A stretch of 30,642 bases of DNA from a virus (IMGVR_UViG_3300036779_000147:1-30642), one strand, 5' to 3'; numbered from the stretch's first letter, positions 1 through 6,894 are shown. A program made the numbers and translations. The notes: generated by a model not told the origin, from the sequence alone.

Positions 1-846
1 GGCAAAGCACGGCGTGGCTGGTCGAGGCTGGCAGAGCAGAGCTGGTCTTGGCGTATCGGGCAAGGTCTTGCACGGCGTAGCGAGGCGAGGCTGGCTAGGC
101 AAAGCCGAGCACAGCGGGGCGAGTCGTGGCACGCCTAAGTCTGTCATGGCGAAGCGCAGCCGGTCGAGGCTGGCAGCGCTAAGCACGGCTCTGCGGTGCT
201 GAGCAGGACAGTGTCCGGCTCGGCACGGCCCAGCCGAGCGCGTCGAGGCTGGCTCTGTATGGCTTTGCGCGGCAGAGGCGAGGCGCGGCCGGTCGAAGCA
301 AGGCTGGCGGGGTTTAGCCTGTCTTGGCCGGGCTTGGCGTAGCGTCGCGATGCGTGGCTGGCAAGGCTGGGCTCGTCAACGCACGGCAAGTCGTTGCCGG
401 TCCTGGCGAGGCGCGGCGCAGTATGGCGAGGCCGGCGCGGCGCGGCAGCTCCGAGCAGCGCATTGCTCGTCGCTGCCCTGCTTGGTCTGGCTGGGCATGG
501 CGAGGCTGGCGCAGCAAGTCCCTGCGCAGCGAGGTGCGGCAGGGTAGGCAGTGTCCAGCACGTCACGGCGAGGCTGGCAGTGCGCGGCCCGGTGATGCTC
601 GGCACGGTAGGTCCGAGCTGGGCACGCCGTGGTCGGGCGTGGCGTTGCACGGCAAGGCTGGCGCGGCTTTGCTGGTCTTGGCGCAGCAACGCGTGGTTTG
701 GCGCGGCGTGGCGAGGCTGGCCTTGCATGGCACGTCCTGGCTGATCCGCGTTGGGCGAGCCCGGGCGAAGCGAGGCTGGCGGAGCGGAGCATGGCACAGC
801 CGGTCCAGGCGCGGTATGCCTCGGTCAGGCTGGGCAAAGCTGGCAA
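1..846 (+). repeat. Array of degenerate GGY-NN pentamers in 12 complete units (plus a partial one) separated by a 4-nt GGCT phase shift; truncated at the left edge
   Basis: Hand parse. Units start at 30, 93, 172, 251, 306, 360, 434, 508, 576, 660, 719, 778 and 842 (lengths 63, 79, 79, 55, 54, 74, 74, 68, 84, 59, 59, 64; 9 of 12 are 5n+4). Example unit 778-841: ggcGG agcGG agcAT ggcAC agcCG gtcCA ggcGC ggtAT gccTC ggtCA ggcTG ggcAA agct. Position 3 of every full pentamer in my parse is C or T, and the boundary consensus is C(G/A)AGGCTGGC. Confidence 0.95.
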
Positions 847-851
847 GCGAG

Positions 852-882
852 AGGGCGAGTCCTTCGGGACTCGCCCTTTTTT
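852..882 (+). terminator. Rho-independent terminator closing the array
   Basis: AGGGCGAGTCC-TTCG-GGACTCGCCCT is a perfect 11-bp stem with a C(UUCG)G tetraloop, followed by a T run that overlaps the stop of the convergent Cro-like gene. Confidence 0.93.
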
Positions 883-1117
883 AACCAAAGAGATCGGGCC
901 GTTGTACCTCACGCGGAATGCCGAACTCTTGTTCAATTACCCGCATATGTTTGAGCGGCACCAGCTTCCACTGAATAACCGCTTGTCTTGAAATATTGCC
1001 GCAAATCTCCATGACGCGCCCGATGCGATCGTGCGCCGTCAAGAATTCGATCACCTGTTCCGGCGTCTTGATTCGCTTCGCTGTCAGCGTCGTCGTGTTG
1101 AGCACACCGCGGGGCAT
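881..1117 (-). CDS. Cro/YdaS-like helix-turn-helix transcriptional regulator (78 aa)
   Basis: C-terminal part of the 881..2479 ORF, from the ATG at 1117: MPRGVL...ICGNISRQAVIQWKLVPLKHMRVIEQEFGIPREVQRPDLFG. The IS-QAV-QW--VP...IE---GIPR---RPDLF pattern is typical of Cro/YdaS-like phage proteins. Confidence 0.85.
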   Translation of the reverse strand: MPRGVLNTTTLTAKRIKTPEQVIEFLTAHDRIGRVMEICGNISRQAVIQWKLVPLKHMRVIEQEFGIPREVQRPDLFG

Positions 1118-1146
1118 CGGCTTTCCATCATTGAATAATCCACCGA

Positions 1147-1175
1147 AACATAGTGCGGCGATCGGCGATTTGCAA
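1147..1175 (-). promoter_or_regulatory. Putative sigma70-type promoter for the Cro-like gene
   Basis: Minus strand TTGCAA (1175-1170), 17-nt spacer, TATGTT (1152-1147), about 30 nt upstream of the ATG at 1117. Confidence 0.6.
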
Positions 1176-1177
1176 AT

Positions 1178-1204
1178 TCGACCTTGCAATTGTAGCAAGG
1201 TCGA
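1178..1204. promoter_or_regulatory. Inverted repeat, candidate operator in the divergent control region
   Basis: TCGACCTTGC-aattgta-GCAAGGTCGA has perfect 10-bp arms and a 7-nt spacer. It lies next to the palindrome ATTTGCAAAT (1168-1177). Confidence 0.6.
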
Positions 1205-1237
1205 GCTTACATCAGCGGATCGCAGAGAGAGGCGGCA

Positions 1238-2191
1238 GTGAAGAGCATTCAGTGGGACCATAATCCGGTAAGTGTGGGCGGCTGCTACGCCGGCATTCCA
1301 CTTGAAGAATACCATGCCGATTTGTGCGTTGGCCCGTCGGTGTCGTCGAGCGGCCTGCGGATCATCTATCACAAGAGCCCGCTGCACTTCTTCGATCAGT
1401 CGTATCTGAATCCATCTCGCGAAGAGCGTGACGAAGCCAAGGCCGATCGTGAATGGGCGGTGCTCGGCTCGGCCTCGCATAGTTTGCTGGTTGGAGGTGT
1501 CGGAAGTTTCCGCGATTCGTTCGTGATCCGTCCACGATTCGCCCCCGACCGCACCGGCCGTGCATGGCATGCATCGAATCACTCTTGTCAAGAGTGGATG
1601 ATCGCGCGCCATCGCGAGGGCAAGATGGTATTGACCGACGCCCAAGTCGAGGTCGTCAGAGGCATGGCGATCCAACTGTCCAAGCACCCGATGGTCGCCG
1701 GTGGCGTCCTTGATGGACTGATCGAGAGAAGTCTGATTTGGCGCGATCCTGAAACAGGAGTTTGGCTCAAAAGCCGGCCCGACGCGATCCCAACCGACTC
1801 GGGCGATGTCGCCGATCTCAAGACGACGCGCTCGGTGGTGATGAGCGATGTGGTCCGCACCATCGGCGAGCTGTCCTATCACCAACAGGCAGCGCTGATC
1901 GCCGACGGCCTCAAGGCCGTGTTCGACATCGAGATGAAGAGCTTCACGTTGGTGATGGTCGAGAAGACGCGGCCGTTCTGTGTGCGCGTTACCCCACCGA
2001 TGCATCAGGACGATATCGAAAGAGGTAGACGACAAAACCGCGTCGCGTTGCGCACCTTCGCCAACTGTCTGGAAAGCGGACGTTGGCCCGGTCCCGATCC
2101 CGGCGACGACAGCGGCCCACGTTCCCTGAACCTCTCGGTGCCGCAGCGCGAACGGATCGATGCGCGACTTCGAGTTGAGGGCATGATTTGA
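1238..2191 (+). CDS. recE: RecE/exonuclease VIII-like PD-(D/E)XK nuclease (DUF3799-type)
   Basis: Motifs EEYHAD...SVSSSGL...SP..F, GSASHSLL, IERSLIWRDPETGVWLKSRPD...VADLKTT, YHQQAA, VEKTRPF. GTG start after GAGAGG; RecT lies nearby. Confidence 0.88.
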   Translation: MKSIQWDHNPVSVGGCYAGIPLEEYHADLCVGPSVSSSGLRIIYHKSPLHFFDQSYLNPSREERDEAKADREWAVLGSASHSLLVGGVGSFRDSFVIRPRFAPDRTGRAWHASNHSCQEWMIARHREGKMVLTDAQVEVVRGMAIQLSKHPMVAGGVLDGLIERSLIWRDPETGVWLKSRPDAIPTDSGDVADLKTTRSVVMSDVVRTIGELSYHQQAALIADGLKAVFDIEMKSFTLVMVEKTRPFCVRVTPPMHQDDIERGRRQNRVALRTFANCLESGRWPGPDPGDDSGPRSLNLSVPQRERIDARLRVEGMI

Positions 2192-2197
2192 TGTCTC

Positions 2198-2635
2198 ATG
2201 GTCCAGTGGCCCGAGTGGCGTGTAGTTCGGCTGCGGGAGCTGATCGGCGACGGCAACATGTCGGCAGCCGAGATCGGCAAAGAACTCGGCGTGTCCAAAA
2301 ACTCGGTGGTCGGCAAGGCCGAGCGGCTTGGTCTCAGGCTCGCCGGGCATCGCCCACCGCGACCAAAGCCGAAGCTGCGAACCGTGGCACCACCGCCACC
2401 GCCGCCACCAATGCCGGAACCAAAGCCACCTCCGCCGCCCGATACGCTCACCAATCAATTCGAGGGCAGCACCGGTCACTATGCGCTGTTTGGGGTGCCG
2501 ATCGCCGGATGCCTGTGGCCAATCGGCGATCCGGCAAGCCAGGACTTCCGCTATTGCGGCGCCAAGCGGCAGGCATCATGCCCGTACTGCGCCGAGCACG
2601 CCAAGATGGCGTACCAACCGAGGAAAGACAGATGA
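2198..2635 (+). CDS. gcrA: GcrA-family cell cycle regulator homolog
   Basis: N-terminal W..RV..LREL..G.MSAAEIGKELGVSKNSVVGKAERLGL, Pro-rich linker, C-terminal CLWPIGDP...FRYCG....PYCAEHAKMAYQP. Confidence 0.92.
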   Translation: MVQWPEWRVVRLRELIGDGNMSAAEIGKELGVSKNSVVGKAERLGLRLAGHRPPRPKPKLRTVAPPPPPPPMPEPKPPPPPDTLTNQFEGSTGHYALFGVPIAGCLWPIGDPASQDFRYCGAKRQASCPYCAEHAKMAYQPRKDR

Positions 2636-2859
2636 CCGGTCTGCAGCTCTTCGCATTCCGCGCGCTGATCGTGCTGGCAACGCCAACCATAATCACATGG
2701 GCGGTCGTTGACCGACTGATCTCCGAATTCAAGTTGGGGTTTCGCATGGCATGGCTCGATGCGAGATCGGTGTGGGGCGATGCCTCCGATGCCTGGAACG
2801 ACGCCGCAACCATGACCTGGGCCGAGATGAAAGAAAAAGTGGAGAAGTCCCGTGAGTGA
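2632..2859 (+). CDS. Small hypothetical membrane protein (75 aa)
   Basis: ATGA overlap with the gcrA stop and AGGAAAG upstream. Hydrophobic N-terminus MTGLQLFAFRALIVLATPTIITWAVV. Confidence 0.7.
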   Translation: MTGLQLFAFRALIVLATPTIITWAVVDRLISEFKLGFRMAWLDARSVWGDASDAWNDAATMTWAEMKEKVEKSRE

Positions 2860-3802
2860 TACTGGCCAGACCCGTGAGCAGCGGCAATCGCTGCTGATTG
2901 ACTCCAAGCTCGACAGCGAGCGCATCGGCGAGATGACGATCTCCGGCTCGCAGCCGGGCGAGCTGGTCGGCGTCAAGTTCGCTTCGATGCTTGAGGTGAT
3001 GGAGTTCGCTAAGTTGATGGCGCTCGCCGACACGGCGGTGCCACCGCATCTGCGCAACAAGCCGGGCTCGTGTCTCGCCGTCACCATCCGCGCACTGCAA
3101 TTACAGATGGACCCATTCACCGTTGCCAATTGGAGTTACGAGGTCGAGCAAAAGGGCGTCAAGCGGATCAGCTATGAGGCGGCGTTCTACAACGCTGTGA
3201 TCCTCGCGCGCGCACCGATCGACGGCCCGCTCGAATACGAAATCCTCGGTGAGGGCGACGAGCGCAAATGCAAAGTGACGTTCACCTTGCGCCGCAGACA
3301 CAAGACGATCTCCTACATTTCGGAAAAGCTCGGCAAACTGCGACCTGGGCGCAACGAGAGCGGCACCATCAAAGGCTCACCGCTGTGGGAGAAAAAGCCC
3401 GAGGTGCAGATGATCTACAACACCGTGCGCGACGTGGCGCGGATTTACTTCCCACACGTCACCGCCGGGCTCTACACATCCGACGAGCTGGCCGACTTCG
3501 ACGAAGATCAGGTGACGATGGAGCAGCCGACGGCTGGCCTGCTGCAGCGCCTGCAGCCACGCGCCACCGACGAGGGCTTCAATCAAGCCACCACCGCCGG
3601 TCAGTTCGACGAGGCGATCCAGGCCGCGCGCGCGCCTGAGCCCGAGATCATCGAGCCGGAAAAGAAGCCACGCACCCGCAAGGGCGGTGCGACCAATGCA
3701 GCCACCGGTGACGACCCGGCGGCTGAGCAGGCGGCGTCCTCTACTGCCCCTCGTTCACAAGGGGACGCCGCCGAACCACAAGGAGACAAGAATGGCACGT
3801 GA
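2852..3802 (+). CDS. recT: RecT-like single-strand annealing recombinase
   Basis: VMEFAKLMA....VPPHLRNKPGSCLAV...ALQLQMDPFTVA...SPLWEKKPEVQMIY...ARIYFPHVTAGLYTSDEL, then an acidic disordered tail. Paired with the RecE-like gene. Confidence 0.85.
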   Translation: MSDTGQTREQRQSLLIDSKLDSERIGEMTISGSQPGELVGVKFASMLEVMEFAKLMALADTAVPPHLRNKPGSCLAVTIRALQLQMDPFTVANWSYEVEQKGVKRISYEAAFYNAVILARAPIDGPLEYEILGEGDERKCKVTFTLRRRHKTISYISEKLGKLRPGRNESGTIKGSPLWEKKPEVQMIYNTVRDVARIYFPHVTAGLYTSDELADFDEDQVTMEQPTAGLLQRLQPRATDEGFNQATTAGQFDEAIQAARAPEPEIIEPEKKPRTRKGGATNAATGDDPAAEQAASSTAPRSQGDAAEPQGDKNGT

Positions 3803-4196
3803 GCCGACCCCGATCCCCGACGATCTCATGCCCAAGACAGTGCCGGCTCGTGGCCTGTCATCCACCACGCTCGACAAGCTCGAAGACGAGATCGCCGAGC
3901 ACGTCAGCACCATCAAGACCACCGCAACCCAGGAGCAAGAGCTAATGCAGGATCGTCCCGCCGCCGCGCCGGCAACACCTTATGTGCCGGCAACGCCTTA
4001 CGCGCCGGCACCACGCCCGGCCACAGCCGTGATCCCGAACCAGCCGCAGCATCAATCGGCGTTGGATTTTCAATTCAACGGCAAGTCGCTGCGCGTCACC
4101 GCGACCTGCAACACCGACGCCGAAGCGCTCAGTTTGAGCGACCTGTTGACCAAGGTGGCGCCGTTTCTCGCCAAGGCGGACCCACCAAGAGAGTAA
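3792..4196 (+). CDS. Hypothetical protein (134 aa, Pro/Ala-rich linker)
   Basis: AGGAG upstream of the ATG at 3792; MAREPTPIPDD...; fits the operon tiling. Confidence 0.75.
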   Translation: MAREPTPIPDDLMPKTVPARGLSSTTLDKLEDEIAEHVSTIKTTATQEQELMQDRPAAAPATPYVPATPYAPAPRPATAVIPNQPQHQSALDFQFNGKSLRVTATCNTDAEALSLSDLLTKVAPFLAKADPPRE

Positions 4197-4198
4197 CC

Positions 4199-4585
4199 AT
4201 GGACGCCAAGATCGCCGCGATCGGCCGCCAGCTCGCCAATGCCCTCTCACTGTATGCCCACGAGCGCACGTCGCCCGCTGGCGTGCAGGCACAGAAGGAC
4301 ATCGCCCGACTGCACTGGGAGCTGGTCACGGCGGTCAGCGACGAGAACACTCTCATTGAGGGGACTATGGCCGCGGGCAAGGAGGTGGCACCGGTAAGCC
4401 CGCGCTTCATCCGCGGCGATGCCGTCCAGAAGACCACGGGCGACTATACCTTCAACGGTCGCGTGGCGTTCTTCGGCTACAAGCTCGAAAGCCACGTGCT
4501 GCGCTACGTCATACAGGATCGGCGCGGCCTTCTCTTGATCATGAACGAGCAGCAACTGCGGACAGCGCCAGATGAATCACATTGA
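4199..4585 (+). CDS. Hypothetical phage protein, possible C-terminal SH3-like beta domain
   Basis: Operon tiling. RFIRGDAVQKTTGDYTFNGRV...RYVIQD..G.L.I.NEQQL looks like small phage beta-barrel proteins (inference). Confidence 0.7.
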   Translation: MDAKIAAIGRQLANALSLYAHERTSPAGVQAQKDIARLHWELVTAVSDENTLIEGTMAAGKEVAPVSPRFIRGDAVQKTTGDYTFNGRVAFFGYKLESHVLRYVIQDRRGLLLIMNEQQLRTAPDESH

Positions 4586-5057
4586 GGATCACGTGACTAC
4601 CAAACCAACAATGAGCGGGCCGTTCGGCCGGGCGTGGCGCGTCGATACCCCTCGCGTTCCCGATGGTAGCGATGTCATCGTCGACTTCTATGTCGTCGAA
4701 TGTCCGGGCGCGCATCCGGCGTGGCACTCGTACATCATGTTTGTGATGAACCTCAAGCCGCGACCGGGACTCGAAGATGCCGCGATCTATCTGCCCGACG
4801 CCAGCCATGAATTCCATATCTGGGCGCTCAATCCCGAGATGCCGCGACAGCCGATCATCGAGGCCGGCGAATGGTTCGGCCGGGTGCTGCAGCCGATGAA
4901 CTTCGCCGCCCAGGTGTGCATGAGCCAACTCGAAGTCGAAACCAAGCTCTACGCCTCGGTCAACGATATTCTGCATGGCCGCATCTCACCAGACACCGAC
5001 TACGTGCGGGCGTGGGCGCAGCTGTGGGGCGACAACATGCTAAAGGATCGCCGATGA
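4572..5057 (+). CDS. Hypothetical phage protein
   Basis: 161-aa ORF overlapping both neighbours; globular composition (PGAHPAWHSY...ISPDTDY..AW). Start uncertain. Confidence 0.75.
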   Translation: MNHIEDHVTTKPTMSGPFGRAWRVDTPRVPDGSDVIVDFYVVECPGAHPAWHSYIMFVMNLKPRPGLEDAAIYLPDASHEFHIWALNPEMPRQPIIEAGEWFGRVLQPMNFAAQVCMSQLEVETKLYASVNDILHGRISPDTDYVRAWAQLWGDNMLKDRR

Positions 5058-5416
5058 CCGACAAACCTAAGCTGCCGCCCGAAGTCGAGATACACCAGAA
5101 GCTCGCCAACGAGATCGTCGCGCAGGTCGGGCCGTTGATGTTGCGCTATCCACCGCATGCGATCGGCGCAGCGCTGGCGACGCTGACGGCGCAGTGGCTC
5201 GCCGGCTATCGCGGCGCGCGCGGACAACAGGGCGCCGCCGCCAGCGCCACAAAATTACGCGCCATCATGTTTGCGAACCTCGTGAGATCGGTAGTGGGCG
5301 AGCTGCCAGAGATCATGCAGGAAGTCGACGCAGCCGACTTCATCGACGCGCTCATAGCGCTGGATTTAACCGCAGCGGCGCCGGAGATCGGCGCGCCTAC
5401 CATTGGAGTATTTTGA
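5054..5416 (+). CDS. Hypothetical protein (120 aa)
   Basis: ATGA overlap at 5054 with AAGGA upstream; MTDKPKLPPEVEIHQ... Confidence 0.72.
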   Translation: MTDKPKLPPEVEIHQKLANEIVAQVGPLMLRYPPHAIGAALATLTAQWLAGYRGARGQQGAAASATKLRAIMFANLVRSVVGELPEIMQEVDAADFIDALIALDLTAAAPEIGAPTIGVF

Positions 5417-5925
5417 TGGAGCGTAAGTGCGGCGACTGCACTTTGTGCTGTCGATTGGTGCCGGTCGAAGAACTTCACAAGAAAGGCGGCGAACGCTGTA
5501 AGCACCAACGCTTCAACGGCTGCGCCATCTATAAGGACCGTCCGAACTCGTGTCGAATGTGGTCGTGCCGCTGGCTGGTCGACAAAGCCTGTCTCGATCT
5601 GCGGCGGCCTGATCGATCGCACTACGTGATCGACCTGATGCCGGACTACGTCACCTGCGAGCAGGACGGCAAAGAGTTCACCGTTCTGGTGGTGCAAATC
5701 TGGTGCGACCCTAAACACCCGCACGCCCACCGCGATCCGACGCTGCGCGCCTATCTGCACAAGCTATGGCAACAGAACGGCGTGATCGGGCTGGTGCGCC
5801 CGAACGGGATCACGCTTCTGCCGTTGGAAAATGGGACGTTCATCGAGAAGGTCAGTGATGAAGACCCTGGACCGGCCCATAGCTTCGAACAGGTCGCCAA
5901 GGTACTGGCCGGAGTCATACCGTGA
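5416..5925 (+). CDS. YkgJ-like CxxCxxCC cysteine-cluster protein (Zn or Fe-S)
   Basis: TGATG overlap with GGAG upstream. MERKCGDCTLCC...CKHQ..GCAIYKDRPNSCRMWSCRWL. Confidence 0.85.
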   Translation: MERKCGDCTLCCRLVPVEELHKKGGERCKHQRFNGCAIYKDRPNSCRMWSCRWLVDKACLDLRRPDRSHYVIDLMPDYVTCEQDGKEFTVLVVQIWCDPKHPHAHRDPTLRAYLHKLWQQNGVIGLVRPNGITLLPLENGTFIEKVSDEDPGPAHSFEQVAKVLAGVIP

Positions 5926-6488
5926 TCCCGATCCCCGAGCGCATGGCGCATCTGCCGCGCGACCGCCGTGGCTATCCGATCCCATGGAGCGTCTACCACG
6001 ACGCCACCGGACGGCCGCACTTCCAGATCAACGACGATGTCAAGCGCGCCATCGCGCTCGCTCGCGACTGGTGCCCGATCTGCGCCAACGGGCTGTGGCG
6101 CGGCCGCTGGTTTGTCGGCGGCCCATTGTCGGCATTCCATCCCGACGGTGCCTACATCGATCCGCCGATGCACAGCGAGTGCGCCCACTACGCGTTGATG
6201 GCGTGCCCGTATCTCGCTGCGCCCGACTATGCGAAGCGGATCGACGCGCGGACCTTGAGCAAGGACGACAAGAGCACGATGCTACTGGTCGATCCGACGA
6301 TGATCCCTGAACGGCCAGAGGTGTTCGTCGCGCTGATGACCACCGGACAAGAGCGCATCGGCGACAATGTCCGCCCGCGTCGCCCCTACAGCCGCATTGA
6401 GTATTGGCGCCACGGCAAACAGATTAGCGAGGAGGAATATAATGACACCGCAGGAGTTAATCGAGCTGGCATCGAATCTGACCGGTAA
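5922..6488 (+). CDS. Hypothetical phage protein with a probable Zn site
   Basis: GTGA overlap; LPRDRRGYPIPW...CPICAN..DPPMHSECAHYALMACPYLA. Confidence 0.8.
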   Translation: MIPIPERMAHLPRDRRGYPIPWSVYHDATGRPHFQINDDVKRAIALARDWCPICANGLWRGRWFVGGPLSAFHPDGAYIDPPMHSECAHYALMACPYLAAPDYAKRIDARTLSKDDKSTMLLVDPTMIPERPEVFVALMTTGQERIGDNVRPRRPYSRIEYWRHGKQISEEEYNDTAGVNRAGIESDR

Positions 6489-6894
6489 ACTGTTCGACAT
6501 GAGTGGCGAGATGCGCCAGGTCTACATGGTCGAGACCGATGACTCGCTCGATCTGATACCGCCGCCGCAACATCTCTCCAAGAACGCTGCGGTTGAGCTT
6601 GTCAAAGCGCTGATGAAGCATATCGGCGCCACCGCCTATGTATTCGTCGACGAGGCATGGATCGTCGAGGGCGGCAAGGCTGATCTGGACATCCCGCCGT
6701 CCGAGCACCCCAGGCGCAAAGAGGTGGTCGTCTTCATCGCCGAGACCGACAGCGAGACGCTGCTCGGTCATCGCGACATCATCCGCCCGGTGATCGGCGG
6801 CAAGCCGACGCTCGGCCCACTAACGATCGAGAGCAAGCTCAACCATCAATCCGGTCGCATGGTCGGAATGCTGCGCCAGGAGACCGAGCATTGA
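6442..6894 (+). CDS. Hypothetical protein (150 aa)
   Basis: Strong GAGGAGG before the ATG at 6442; YVFVDEAW...PPSEHPRRKEVV. Confidence 0.8.
   Translation: MTPQELIELASNLTGKLFDMSGEMRQVYMVETDDSLDLIPPPQHLSKNAAVELVKALMKHIGATAYVFVDEAWIVEGGKADLDIPPSEHPRRKEVVVFIAETDSETLLGHRDIIRPVIGGKPTLGPLTIESKLNHQSGRMVGMLRQETEH

Larger units (their letters stand above)
1..882 (+). ncRNA. Putative precursor transcript of a multi-guide RNA array (VIPR-like GGY/NN guide RNAs)
   Basis: The 5-nt period is incompatible with coding, the unit boundary is conserved, and a strong + strand intrinsic terminator follows the last unit directly. Transcription and processing are inferred, not shown. Confidence 0.7.

Noticed and set aside
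660-718. Unit 660-718 (GC TT TG TT GC AA GT TT GC GT GA) as a guide to the TTGCAA-rich control region at 1165-1205
   Set aside because: I could not align it in the skip-one register by eye; the similarity is only compositional.
1-846. Canonical CRISPR array
   Set aside because: The only conserved word is about 10 nt, spacing varies from 54 to 84 nt in steps of 5, the intervening sequence is itself patterned, and no cas genes are in the window.
1-846. Simple microsatellite or replication-origin iterons
   Set aside because: The NN positions are non-repetitive, units are not copies of each other, the region is GC-rich with no AT-rich unwinding element, and it ends in an oriented terminator.
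14-991. Many overlapping Arg/Gly/Ala/Trp-rich ORFs on both strands over the array
   Set aside because: They are by-products of a stop-poor 5-nt periodic repeat. They have no RBS or codon-position bias, and the 5-nt period conflicts with coding.
1118-2479. 532-aa minus-strand ORF 881..2479 as a single gene
   Set aside because: The upstream part is the antisense shadow of the recE-like and gcrA genes; only the last 78 codons look like a real protein.
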